From Felis catus (lineage: Eukaryota): a stretch of DNA of 64,000 nucleotides. The translations under genes and the position numbers were made by a program. Location: contig NC_058368.1 of NCBI RefSeq assembly GCF_018350175.1, positions 184,390,001 through 184,454,000 of the forward strand, in the 5' to 3' direction. Of this stretch, positions 1-12,720 are shown one piece after another. The stretch's first letter is position 1, and each line of letters opens with the position of its first letter. The notes under the pieces were generated by a model. It was not told where the DNA came from. It saw nothing but the letters and a program-made list of their open reading frames with translations, and made no database searches.

Positions 1-738
1 TTCTGTGATTCTTACTGCAATTTCCTATAGGATTCATACTATTCCTCAGCACATAGAAAACTGTTTAGAACATACGCTTGAGCAATGGAGGAGAGAGGGT
101 TGGGTGTGAAGACATGAACGTTGAAATACCTTTGAGAAAGGGAAGAACAAAACAGATGGTGTGGAGGAAAGCTTCTCTGAAATGAAAAGAGAAGTGTTGG
201 AGGCAACAGTAGAGAGGAAACCAGATAAATAGAAAATTTAACAGGGCATAATAGATAGAAGAGAATCCAGAATTAGAGAGGTTTTAGCTAATATAATTTT
301 AAATTCAGTCACATTAATGTATGTTCATAAACTGTTTTGAGCCATGTAACTAAGGACCTAGTGCCTGGTTTTGATATGGTATAATGGCAGAAATTTTCCT
401 AACTGGTCTCATTGCCAGGGAAAGAGGAGGCAAAGAAATACTTTCAAATCAGTTAAATCATAAATAGTATTTCCAAGTAGGATAAAATTGAGGAATTCAA
501 GACAATTTTGGGAATTTTTTAGTTTTTAAAATGTCACTATAATGGGTTCAATACAATACTAAGGCCTTACAACCCCATTTTTTCTATTGTCATTGGAAAG
601 TCTTTTTCTTTGAATCATGGCATTACCTATGACCTACTAAATGTTTCCTGGTTTGAGAGGAACTGGATATTTTCAAGAAATATCCACATCTTTTTTTTTT
701 TATCCAAGCCATTACATGTTTAAAATTTCAATAGGTTC

Positions 739-955
739 GGGGCGCCTGGGTGGCACAGTCGGTTAAGCGTCCGACTTCAGCCAGGTCACGATCTCGCGGT
801 CCGTGAGTTCGAGCCCCGCGTCAGGCTCTGGGCTGATGGCTCGGAGCCTGGAGCCTGTTTCCGATTCTGTGTCTCCCTCTCTCTCTGCCCCTCCCCCGTT
901 TATGCTCTGTCTCTCTCTGTCCCAAAAATAAATAAACGTTAAAAAAATTTAAAAA
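739..955 (+). mobile_element. Young felid Can-SINE (SINEC_Fc type)
   Basis: GGGGCGCCTGGGTGG head, A/B boxes, (CT)n, AATAAA and A tail; perfect 17-bp TSD AAAATTTCAATAGGTTC at 722-738 and 956-972. Confidence 0.97.
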
Positions 956-1020
956 AAAATTTCAATAGGTTCAAAATAGTATATAAACAGAGTAACCAGA
1001 GTTTTAAAATATATTTATAG

Positions 1021-1113
1021 TCACTATATTGTACACCTGAAACTAATACTGCACTGCATGCTAACTAATGGGAGTATAAATACTTAAAAGAAACTACAAA
1101 AAAATAAAATAAA
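1021..1113 (+). mobile_element. Carnivore L1 extreme 3'-end fragment
   Basis: TCACTATATTGTACACCTGAAACTAAT motif, also seen in the L1 3' ends near 21258 and 26341, followed by an A-rich tail. Confidence 0.8.
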
Positions 1114-2394
1114 TTTATAATAGTCTCATTTAATAAATATCTCTTATATTGTCCATTATTTTACAAATATTTTGAAAGCTTGAATAGGCTCATTTGAATA
1201 TATAGCTTCCTACTAGAATTTGTGTAACTTTGCTGTCACCAACAGGTTTCTGTGTGAATTAAATGTTTTTATCTCAGTATGTTTTCATTATATCTAACAG
1301 TTAAAAATCAAGGAATAAGCCACACTGTTATTTTTCTTAAACTTGAGATGCTCTGTAGAGTGCAATTAAGCATTAACATATTACATTTGGGAAAGTAATT
1401 ATTATTTTTTGATTTGCCTGAAGAGGATAGTGTGGACATATATCAGCCAAAGAGCCATTTATATTTTTTTTCTCTAGCAGTAGATTTATTTCTCCATTAA
1501 ATGTAGAAAGATCATCAATATCCACTACATGGCTTCAATTAACTGAACATTTTGTCAACCACTGCTATTCTCCAGCTGCCACATATACCATATGAAATAA
1601 TAGAGAACCTATCCTGTTTTCTCATCTTCCTTCTCAATTAAACAAAAGAAAATAGAATGACAAGAGGACATTAACACTAAGGCTGCCTTTTAGTTGGCAT
1701 CTGCACTTCTACAGATAATTTATAAAAAGTTGTGTAAAGGAAGAACCAATGTAAAAGCAAGAACACAAAGGTGTTCCCTTCCCCCTACCTTATCCCATTT
1801 TCAATGCCCTTGGCTCTTATGCTTCACAAAGTCTCATCATCACCAAGCCATAAAAGAGAGGGATTCAGAGAGTATTACCCTTTGACCACCACAGAAATAC
1901 CTAAGAGAACTATCAGTCAATCGTGAATAAAAAAAATAGTTTATTAATATAATCATACATTACCACAAACTGGTATTATTTTATTTTTCAACAATACAGA
2001 CTGTTTTATTATTATCATTTATTATTTTTCAGGATTTCATTAAACCTAAAGTATCCTGGAGAGGATTAAAATGTGTATTCAGCTTGAGTTCATTTATTTT
2101 TAATAATGAATGTGTAAGAATTTAGGATCATATACATGACAACATGAAAATAAGAACATAAATTATTCTTATTCTGATACATTCAAGTGTAGCCCATACG
2201 GACAGATTGATTTGGATTACCTAAAAGAACTGTTCTATTTTTTATGTCCATATTCATTTATCCAACCACCTTACAACATGCTTGGTAAAGTGCTGTACAA
2301 TTAGGATGCAGATGTCCACTTTAAGACTACTGGCCAGTTGAGTGTGTGAAGATCCAAGCAAATGCTTATAATATAGTAATGACAAGTGCAATAA

Positions 2395-2397
<3 letters not shown>

Positions 2398-2437
<40 letters not shown>
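2398..2437. repeat. (TG)n microsatellite
   Basis: About 20 uninterrupted GT/TG units. Confidence 0.98.
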
Positions 2438-2441
<4 letters not shown>

Positions 2442-2639
2442 AAGGGAGAGTTTATATGAATTTGGAAATAAGAAGGAAGTGGTCATGAAAGTGGTCATGG
2501 AAGACTTCCTAGAGAAAAAGTTATCTGAAATGAGTTTTGCAGAATTTGATTAGGAGACTCCAGGATGAAAGAGCATTTGGGATCAAGACATGAAGATATT
2601 TCTTAGTTTGTTACTTCTATCTTAAATGAGCAAATACAA

Positions 2640-2810
2640 ATCAGGCCTTATGCCACATGCTTTAAGGAGGACATCTACTATAATCCTCCTAAGCAACAGT
2701 GAGACATTTACTATAATCATCTTTATATAGAGGGTAAAAAGTAGACAACTTGTCCAAAGTCAAACATACTGGATTTTATCTCAGACAGTCTGATTCCAAA
2801 GCCCATTTGG
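2640..2810 (-). mobile_element. MIR remnant
   Basis: Degenerate MIR core in antisense (aatcctcctaagcaac...acttgtccaaagtca...tctgattccaaagccc). Confidence 0.6.
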
Positions 2811-3142
2811 TGTACCACTGGAGATAGTGTGGCACTTCTAGGAACATCCTATTTTCTCCATGACTAAGAACTTACAGTATTTAGGGGTGTAGGGAACTAT
2901 AAGAGGTTACTAAATCAGAAATGAAGGTGTGAAAAAGATGATATTTTTATATGAAAATACTATGTTGGGACTTTACCCTGTTGACTACATGGTATCTTTG
3001 TAGGACTTACAGTATGAATAGAATTATGTATTAGTTTTATAGTAGCTAATTATACATTAATTTTATAATAACCAGTACAGAAGATAGGGGAAATAATCAT
3101 GAGAGTTAGGAGTTATCTCTATCTCTATCATAAGTCTACCTC

Positions 3143-3186
3143 GGTTCCATAGTGTAATGGTTAGCACTCTGGATTCAAATCCACCG
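3143..3186 (+). pseudogene. 3'-truncated tRNA-Gln retropseudogene (5' half)
   Basis: GGTTCCATAGTGTAATGGTTAGCACTCTGGA matches the mammalian tRNA-Gln 5' end at 30/31 nt as recalled; anticodon loop damaged; no T-arm or 3' acceptor strand. Confidence 0.85.
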
Positions 3187-3189
3187 CTA

Positions 3190-4400
3190 ACTTAAGAAAC
3201 TATGGCAATATTTCAAGCAGGAGATGGTAATTTGAACAGAATGAATGGGAGCTGAAGAAAAGTGGACAAATTCAGGAGATACTGAGGAGTAATAATCCAC
3301 AGGGCTATTTTGAAACATTGGATGTGTGTAGAGGGGCAGATAAAAGGAGGAATCTGCAACAACTCTCATGTTTCTAGCTTGAGAAATAATATTTGGATTA
3401 TAGTGGTTTCTGATGATAGAGAATGTAGGAATAAGATACATTTAGAAGTAGAACAAGGGAAATGATGGATTCTCTTTGGGGAATGATGTCACTGACATAT
3501 TCCTAGACAGTATCATGGAAGTTGAATACAATGATATTGGATGCAGAGAGAGGTTGAGGTCAAATGTGTATTTGTGTGTTTCTATTTTATAGGCTATTGA
3601 ACTTGTCTCAGTTGACAAGATCAACTGGGAGGATAAATTGAAATAGAAGATAAACTGGCTTAGATATCAAGAAAAATAAGATCCCATGAAAGAGGCTGAG
3701 AATGCCAGTAAAGAAAGACAGAAGCAGAAAAAAAAAAAATTGTAGAAGGGATCCTTTTAAAATATAGGCAATTTCACCAGTGTTAAATAAGAGTGTAAGC
3801 TCCATAAGGACCCAAACGTGTATACTGTATATGGCCTTGGAAGGATCAAATCTGGTTTCACTGTAGGACAGAAGTTAGACTACAGTTAGAGGGGGAAGAG
3901 ATTTGAGTATCTAGGCAGTAGAGAGGCTCAAGTGATGCCATCATGAGGTCCACAACGGCTAGAGAAGAAATTAAAGCCAGGTTGAAGCTAGGAACTAGAT
4001 GTTGGGATGCATTTAAAGAACAAAAGTTATATATTATCAAGACACTAAGGAAATTGAATGTCTGAATGGTTATGGTGAAAACAGATGCCACTAACTTAAT
4101 ATTCCAGGGATAAAATGTCTCTGGGCAATTATACCATCTAAGCTTCTGGCCATAGACTGAGTAACAAAGAATGGAAATGCAGGTCATCAGAGAAGAAAGG
4201 GTCAGAAATTTGGGTAAATGACCATGCAAATGTTCAAAGTACCTAAAGTAGCTAACAGCAGTTGGGGTATAAGGGGAGACTAAGGCAGGAGCCAATTTAC
4301 AAAATCTCAAAGGTTGGAGGAGCAGGGCTAGATAAGAGACCACCCAGATAGCATGAGCCTCATGTGAGGATGGCTTTTCCCAAAAGGTGAATAAACACTA
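3190..4400 (-). mobile_element. Ancient L2 remnant(s)
   Basis: Purine-rich degenerate L2-like antisense blocks (e.g. ggagatactgaggagtaataatccacagg); boundaries approximate. Confidence 0.55.
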
Positions 4401-7400
4401 GTTAAGGCAGTGGAAATGGGGAACTGAACAAGGTCAGCAACTCCTACCAGCTCCAAGATATGCAGAATATGAAAAATCAAAATATCTTCACCAAAAAGAG
4501 CAACTAGTAAGCCACAAACTCACCTCACAGCAACCAGAACTTCCACTTCCATAATATTCACCATACGTGTGATTAAAACAGCATATTTGTCTTTGTCATA
4601 TTTAACTTCTATCAGAGTTACTAGATTATATCTATCATCCCATTCATTACGTTCATCCTTGCAGCTTCATAGAACAGCTATACACATAATAACATTCTAG
4701 GAAGTACTGTGTGAATGAAGGGATGGATAGGGGTATTGATAAGAAATATTCCTGTGTCTTTTCCAGTTGGGTAACACACACACACAAAAACAAAAAAAAT
4801 GGATATTTCTCCTCCACATTTGTAACAATACATTCATATTGTTACTTGTATCATCAGCAAACAAGCTAGCTAGGGCTTTGAAGTGTTTATTCCAGCTTGC
4901 ATGATTATCTAACTCCACTATATATTTTGACCAAATTAATCAGTAATATGGCCATAATCCTACTTCAATTTATGTTGTGCATAAACAGTCACGGAGATGA
5001 ACAAATCAAACTAATTAACTTTGAAAAAAAAACCTAGATACCAAAAACCACATTTATGAAAAGAAAAGAAAATCAGGGGTAATATTGTCAAAGATGCATT
5101 AAACATTCTGGTTTTGACTTCAGGCTCACAATTTAATTCCCTTTAATCCGTCTCACTTTTATATTTCCTGATGATGCTTCCATTTGCAGTTTTATAATGT
5201 GAAATTACAACACCAGGGACAGCATCAGAATTCTCAACAGAGTGACTGTTGTCACGAGCAAGGCTACAGGTTCAGTCAATGGTTCAGCTAAAAGATCAAT
5301 ATATGTATCTTGTCCAAACTCTGCTATCTTTCCTTGACAATAACTTCCACCATCCCCTTAAGGAATAACCTGTAAAGGTCTGCAATTTTGTATCTAAAGT
5401 CCTCCTTTCTCTCTCACTATCCATTGTCTTGGCAAAACACTTTTTTTTAATATAATTTATTGTCAAATTGGCTAATATACAGTTTGGACAGTGTACTCTT
5501 GGTTTTAGGGGTTGATTCCTGTGGTTCATCACTTACATACAACCCCCAGGGCTCATCACAACAAGCGCCCTCCTCAATGCTTACCACCCATTTTCCCCTC
5601 TCCCCACCCCCCATCCACCCTCAGTTTATTTTCTGTATTTAAGAGCCTCTTATGGTTTGCTCCCTCCCTCTCTTATAACTATTTCTTACCCTTCCCTTCC
5701 CCCATGGTCTTTGTTAATGAATGAAAACATATGATATCTGTCTTTCTTTGACTGACTTATTTCACTCAGCATAATAACTCCCAGTTCCATCCATGTTGCT
5801 GCAAAGGGCATGATTTCATTCTTTCTCATTGCCAAAGAGTATTCCATTGTATACACAAACCACATCTTCTTTATCCATTCATCAGTTGATGGACATTTAG
5901 GCTCTTTCCATAGTTTGTCTATTGAAAGCACTGCTATAAACATTGGGGTACATGTGTCCCTATGAATCAGCACTCTTGTATCCTTTGGATAAATTCCCAG
6001 TCGTGCTATTGCTGGGTGGTAGGGTAGTTCTATTTTCAATTTTTTGAAGAACGTCCACACTGTTTTCCAGAGCAGCTGCAGCAGTTTGCTTTCCCACCAA
6101 CAATGCAAAAGAGATCCTCTTTCTCCACATCCTCGCCAACATCTGTCATTGCCTGAGTTGTTAATTTTAGCCACCCTGACCTGTGTGAGGTGGTATCTCA
6201 GTGTGGTTTTGATTTGCATTTCCCTGATGATGAAAGACGTTCAGCATCTTTTCATGTGTCTGTTGGCCATGTGGATGTCTTCTTTGGAAAAGTGTCTATT
6301 CATGTCCTATGCCCATTTCTTCACTGGATTATTTGTTTTTTGGGTGTTGAATTTAGTATGTTCTTTATAGATTTTGGATACTAACCCCTTATCCGATAAG
6401 TCTTTTGCAAATATCTTTTCCCATTTCATCGGTTGTCTTTTAGTTTTGTTGATTGTTTCCTTCACTGTGCAGAAGCTTTTTATCTTCATGAAGTCCCAAT
6501 AGTTTGTTTTTGTTTTTAATTCCCTTGCCTTTGGAGATGTGTCAAGCAAGAAATTGCTGTGGCTGAGGTCAAAGAGGATGTTGCTTGCTTTCTCCTCTAG
6601 GGTTTTGATAGTTTCTTGTCGCACATTTAGGTCTTTCATCCATTTTGAGTTTATTTTTGTGTATGGTGGAAGAAAGTGGTCTAGTTTCATTCTTCTGCAT
6701 GTTGCTGTACAATTCTCCCAGCACCCTTTGCTAAAGAGACTGTCTTTTCCATTGGATACTCTTTCCTGCTTTGTCAAACATTAGTTGACCATATATTTGT
6801 GGATCAAATTCTGCATTCTCTATTCTATTCCATTGGTCTATGTGTCTGTTTTTGTGCTAATACCATACTGTCTTGATGGTTACAATTTTGTAGTAGGGGC
6901 TCAAGTCTGGGATTGTGATGTGATTCCTCCCACTTTGGTTTTCTCTTTCAATATTACTTGGCTATTCGGGGTCTTTTGTGGTTCCATACAAATTTTAGGA
7001 TTGTTTGTTCAATCTTTGAGAAGAATGCTCGTGCAATTTTGATTGGGATTTCATTGAATGTGTAGATTGCTTTAAGTAGTATTGATATTTTAACAATATT
7101 TATTCTTCCAATCCATGAGCATGTAATGCTTTTCCATTTCTTTGTGTCTTCTTCAATTTCCTTCATAAGTTTTCTATAGTTTTCAGCACACAGATCTTTT
7201 ACATCTTTGGTTAGGTTTATTCCTAGGTATTTTATGGTTCTTGGTCCAATTGCAAATGGGATCAGTTTCTTTATTTGTCTTTCTGTTGCTTCATTATTGG
7301 TGTATAGAAATGCAACCAATTTCTGTACCTTGATTTTGTACCCTGCAACTTTGCTGACTTCATGTATCAGTTCTAGCAGCCTTTTGGTGGAGTCTTTCTG

Positions 7401-8079
7401 GATTTCCATGTACAGTATCTTGTCATCCACGAAAAGTGAGTTTGACTTCTTCTTTGCCAATTTTGATGCCTTTTATTACATTTTGTTTTCTGATTGCTGA
7501 TGCTAGGACTTCCAACACTATGTTAAACAACAGTGGTGGGAGTGGACATCTCTGATCTTATAGGGAAAGCTCTCAGTTTTCCCCCACTGAGGATGATATT
7601 AGTTGTGGGTTTTTCATATAAGGCTTTTATGATGTTTAGGTATGCTCCTTCTATCCTGACTTTCCTGAGGTTTTTATTAAGAAAGGATGCTGAATTTTGT
7701 CAAATGCTTTTTCTGCATCTATTGACAGGATCATATGGTTCTTATCCTTTCTTTTATTAATGTGATGTATCACATTGATTGATTTGCAAATATTGAACCA
7801 GCTTTGCAGCCCAGGAATTAATCCTACTTCATCATGGTGAATAATTCTTTTTATATGCTTTTGAATTTGATTTGCTAGTATTTTGTTGAGAATATTTGCA
7901 TCCATGTTCATCAGGGATATTGGCCTCTAATTCTCCTTTTTTTGGAGGGTCTCTGTCTGGTTTGGGAATTGAAGCAATGTTGGCTTCATAGAATGAGTCC
8001 GGAAGCTTTCTTTCCATTTCTATTTTTTGGAACAGCTTGAGAAGGATAGGTATTAACTCTGCTTTAAATGTCTGGTAGA

Positions 8080-9572
8080 GACTTTAGCCTCTACTACAAA
8101 GCTGTAATCATTAAGACAGCATGGTATTGGCATAAAAACAGACACATAGACCAATGGAACAGAATAGAAACCCCAGAACTAGACCCACAAAAGTATGGCC
8201 AACTAATCTTTGACAAAGCAAGAAAGAATATCCAATGGAAAAAAAGACAGTCTCTTTAACAAATGGTGCTGGGAGAACTGGACAGCAACATGCAGAAGGT
8301 TCAAACTAGACCTCTTTCTCACACCATTCACAAAAATAAACCCCAAATGGATAAAGGACCTAAATGTGAGACAGGAAACCATCAAAACCCTAGAGGAGAA
8401 AGCAGGAAAAGACCTCTCTGACCTCAGCCGTAGCAATTTCTTACTTGACACATCCCCAAAGGCAAGGAAATTAAAAGCAAAAATGAACTATTGGGACCTC
8501 ATGAAGATGAAAAGCTTCTGCACAGCAAAGGAAACAACCAACAAAACTAAAAGGCAACCAACGGAATGGGAAAAGATATTTGCAAATGGCATATCGGACA
8601 AAGGGCTAGTATCCAAAATCTATAAAGAGCTCACCAAACTCCACACCCAAAAAACAAATAACCCAGTGAAGAAATGGGCAGAAAACATGAATAGACACTT
8701 CTCTAAAGAAGACATCCGGATGACCAACAGGCACATGAAAAGATGCTCAACGTCGCTCCTCATCAGGGAAATACAAATCAAAACCACACTCAGATAGCAC
8801 CTCATGCCAGTCAGAGTGGCAAAAATGAACAAATCAGGAGACTGTAGATGCTGGAGAGGATGTGGAGAAACAGGAACCCTCTTGCACTGTTGGTGGGAAT
8901 GCAAACTGGTGCAGTCACTCTGGAAAACAGTGTGGAGGTTCCTCAGAAAATTAAAAATAGACCTACCCTATGATGCAGCAGTAGCACTGCTAGGAATTTA
9001 CCCAAGGGATACAGGAGTCCTGATGCATAGGGGCACTTGTACCCCAATGTTTATAGCAGCACTCTCAACAATAGCCAAATTATGGAAAGAGCCTAAATGT
9101 CCATCAACTGATGAATGGATAAAGAAATTGTGGTTTATATACACAGTGGAGTACTACGTGGCAATGAGAAAGAATGAAATATGGCCCTTTGTAGCAACGT
9201 GGATGGAACTGGAGAGTGTTATGCTAAGTGAAATAAGCCATACAGAGAAAGACAGATACCATATGTGTTCACTCTAATGTGGATCCTGAGAAACTTAACA
9301 GGAACCCATGGTGGAGGGGAATGAAAAAAAAGAGGTTAGAGTGGGAGAGAGCCAAAGCATAAGAGACTCTTAAAAACTGAGAACAAACTGAGGGCTGATG
9401 GGGTGGGAGGGAGGGTGGGTGATGGGTATTAAGGAGGGCATCTGTTGGGATGAGCACGGGGTGTTGTATGGAAACCAATTTGACAATAAATTTCATATAT
9501 TAAAATAAATAAATAAATAAAAATAAAACACTTATGACTATTAAAAAAATTTAAGTAAAATAAATAAATAAA
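8080..9572 (+). mobile_element. Younger 5'-truncated felid L1 (L1_Fc-like) nested in the opposite orientation inside the host L1 ORF2
   Basis: Nearly open ORF2 C-terminus (8210-9277), 3' UTR, A-rich tails; perfect TSD TAAATGTCTGGTAGA at 8065-8079 and 9573-9587 at a TTT/AAA endonuclease site. Confidence 0.96.
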
Positions 9573-11012
9573 TAAATGTCTGGTAGAATTTCCCTTGGGA
9601 GTCATCTGGCCCAGGACTCTTACTTGTTGGGACATTTTTAATAACTGATTCCATTTCTTCACTAGTTATGGGTGTGTTTAAATTTTCTATTTCTTCCCAT
9701 TTGAGTTTTGGTAGTGTGTGGGTGTCTAGGAATTTTTCCATTTTTTCTAGGTTGTCCAGTTTGTTGGCATATAATTTTTAATAGTCTTCTCTAATAATTG
9801 TATTTTTGAGGGATTAGTTGTGATTAAGTCCATTTTTATCTATTTGGGTCCTCTCTCTTTTCTTTTTGAGAAGTCTGGCTAGGGGTTATCAATTTTGTTT
9901 ATTTTTTTCAAAAAACTAGCTCTTAGTTTCATTGATATGTTCTATAGTTTTTTGTAGATTCTATAGTTTTTGTAGATTTTTTGTAGTTTATTTCTGCTCT
10001 GATGTTTATTATTTCTCTTCTTCTGTTGGCCTTGGGGTTTCTTTGTTGTTCTGCTTCTAGTTCTTTAGGTGTGCTGTTAGATTTTGTATTTGGGATTTTT
10101 TTTTGTTGAGATATGCCGGGATTGCAATGCATTTTCCTCTTAGGACTGCCTTTGCTGCATCCCAAAGGGTTTGGGCTGTCGTGTTTTCATTTTCATTTGT
10201 TTCCATATATTTCTTAATTTCTTCTTTAATTGCCTGGTTGACCCATTCATTCTTTAGTGGGATGCTTTTTAACCTCCATGCATTTGGAAGTTTTCCAAAC
10301 CTTTTCCTGTGGTTGATTTCAAGTTTCATAGCATTGTGATCTGAAAATGTTCATGGTATGATCTCATTTTTTTTATATTTATTGAGGGCTGTTTTGTGAC
10401 CCAGTATGTGATTTATTTTGGACAATGTTCCACGTGCACTCAAGCAGAATGTGCATTCTGCTGCTTTAAGACAAAAAGCTCTGAATATATCTGTCAAGTC
10501 CATCTCATCCACTGTATAATTCAGGGGCATTATTTCTTTATTGTTTTTCTGCCTAGATGATCTGTCCATTGTTGCAAGTGGAGTATTAAAGTCCCCTGCA
10601 ATTACCACATTCTTACCAATAAGATTGCTTATGTTTGTGATTGTTTTATATATTTGCGTTCTTCTGAATTGGGTGCATACACATTTATAATTGTTAGCTC
10701 TTCTTAATGAATAGACCCCATAATTATGATAATTCTTCATCTCTTGTTACAGCCTTTAGTTTAAAATCTAGTTTGTCTGATGTAAGTATGCCCACTCCAG
10801 CTTTCTTTTGACTTCCAGTAGCATTATAGATGGTAGATGGTTCTCTATCCCCTCACTTTCGATCTGAAGGTGTCCTTAGATCTAAAGTAGGTTGCTTGTA
10901 GACAGCAAATAGAGGAGTCTTGGTTTTTTTTATCCATTCTGATACCTATGTCTTTTGATTGGAGCGTTTAGTCTACTTACATTCAGTATTATTCTTAAAA
11001 GAAAGGGATTTA

Positions 11013-11214
11013 GGGGTGCCTGGGTGACTCGGTTAAGCATCTGACTTCAGCTCAGGTCATGATCTCGCGGTTTGTGAGTTTGAGTCCTGCATCGGGCTCT
11101 GTGCTAACAACTCAGAGCCTGGAGCCTGCTTCAGATTCTGTGTCCCTCTCTGCCTCTCCCCTGCTCACACTCTGTCTCTCTCTATCAAAAATAAATAAAA
11201 TGTAAAATAAATTA
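11013..11214 (+). mobile_element. Can-SINE inserted a few codons into L1 ORF2
   Basis: SINE body; TSD AAAAGAAAGGGATTTA (10997-11012) / AAAAGAAATGGATTTA (11215-11230). Confidence 0.95.
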
Positions 11215-11305
11215 AAAAGAAATGGATTTAGAGTCATTGTGTAATCTGTAGGTTTCATGCTTGTAGTGATGTCTCTGGTCCTTTGTGGTCTTTGCAACAT
11301 TCCAC

Positions 11306-12212
11306 TCACAGAGTCCCCATTAGGATCTCTTGTAGGGCTGGTTTAGTGATGATGAACTCCTTCAGCTTTTGTTTGTCTGGGAAAACCTGTATCTCTCCTT
11401 CTATTCTGAATGATAGGCTTGCTGGATAAAGGATTCTTGGCTGCATATTTTTCCTGTTCATCACATTGAATATTTCCTTCTGGCCTGCCAAGTCAGTAGA
11501 TAGGTCTGCTACTTCCCTTATGTGTCTACCCTTGTAGGTTAAGGTCTGTTTGTCCCTAGCTGCTTTCAGAATTCTGTGTTTATCTTTGTATTTTTCCAGT
11601 TTCACTATGATATGTCATACAGAAGATAGACTCCTATTACATCTGAAGGGAGTTCTCTGTGCCTTCTGGGTTTCAATGTCTGTTTCCTGTCCCAGATTGA
11701 GGAAGTTCTCAGCTATGATTTGTTCAAGTATACCTTCTGCTTTTTTCTCTCTCACTACTACTACTTCTTCCTCCTCCTCCTCCTCCTTCTTCTTCTTCTG
11801 GAACTCCTATGATACAGATATTAGTGCATTCCATTGAATCATTTAGTTCTCTAATTCTTCCCTGTGGTCTAGAATTTTCTTATCTTTTTCTCACCTTCAT
11901 CTTTTTCCATAATTTTATCTTCTTTTTCACTTATTCTCCTGACTCTTCAATCCTCACTGTCACCACCTCTAGTTTATTTTGCACCTCATTTATAACATTT
12001 TTTAATTCATCATGACTAATTTTTAGTTCCTTGACCTCTGGAACAATAGATTCTCTGCTGTCTTCTATGCTTTTTTCAAGCCCAGCAACTAATCTTATGA
12101 CTATTATTCTAAATTCTTGTTCAGTTATATTGTTTATATCTGTTTTGATCAATTCTTTAGCTACCATTTCTTCCTGGAATTTCTTTTGAAGAGAATTCTT
12201 CTGTTTCAACAT
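11306..12212 (-). pseudogene. L1 ORF1 (RNA-binding protein), disrupted
   Basis: N-terminus MLKQKNSLQKKFQEE with coiled coil; C-terminus PRILYPASLSFRIEGEIQVFPDKQKLKEF...ALQEIL. Confidence 0.9.
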
Positions 12213-12720
12213 TTTGGCTAGTTTTCTGTCCCTTATGTGTTTTAAAAGCTTGTTATGTGTCCTGCACCTGCAAGCACTACTATATTAAAGAGGGGGTCAT
12301 ACACTGTCCATGGTCTGGCCTTTCAGGAGGTGTTTTTTGGAGTGTGTTCCTTGCTCTCTGTTGTTGTGACTTTGGTCACTTTGTGGCTTTATCTCCCCAG
12401 TCATAGTGATGTTTTGGACCCTCCACCAGGTGTGCTTTGATTTGTTCATTGAAGTATCCTTATGGCCCGCCAGGTTGTCACTGTGGGTCCCTGCAGACGT
12501 CTCTGTCACTCTGCAGCCCGGATTCTTGGAATTCAAAGTCCTTTGGCCTCAACACTGCTATATTTAAGTGACAAGGGAATTTCAGGTCCCCCTATATCCA
12601 CCATGTTGGATCTCTGTCTGGCCAAACACTTTTCTTTCTCAGTACTTCAGAGACTGCCCTTGGTACTCTCTCTTCCAACCTGGCATTAGCACTACTACTG
12701 GATGAAAGAGCTGCAATTAA

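Larger units (their letters stand above)
5700..11237 (-). pseudogene. L1 ORF2 (endonuclease / reverse transcriptase / C-terminal domain), disrupted
   Basis: Start MTLNPFL at 11237; EN fragment (IAGDFNTPL), RT fragments ([20 protein letters not shown]), C-terminus (HCWWESKL...KLWKEPKCPS); many frameshifts and two insertions. Confidence 0.9.
5441..12614 (-). mobile_element. Essentially full-length carnivore/felid L1 (decayed), carrying a nested L1 and a SINE
   Basis: Poly-T and 3' UTR at 5441, ORF2 and ORF1 fragments in the correct order, L1-like 5' terminus GAGATCCAACATGGTGG at 12614; degenerate TSD TGTCTTGGCAAAACACTTTT (5425-5444) / TGTCTGGCCAAACACTTTT (12615-12633). Confidence 0.93.

Noticed and set aside
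3858..4343. 161-aa hydrophobic minus-strand ORF
   Set aside because: It lies in an L2-like relic, has a non-ATG start, and shows no recognisable domain or splice context.
9940..9980. About 19-bp tandem duplication TTCTATAGTTTTT(T)GTAGA inside L1
   Set aside because: Ordinary slippage duplication with no further structure.
5686..12212. Long ORFs (up to 195 aa) that could be taken for host genes
   Set aside because: They are L1 ORF1/ORF2 fragments or their antisense shadows, broken by frameshifts and insertions.
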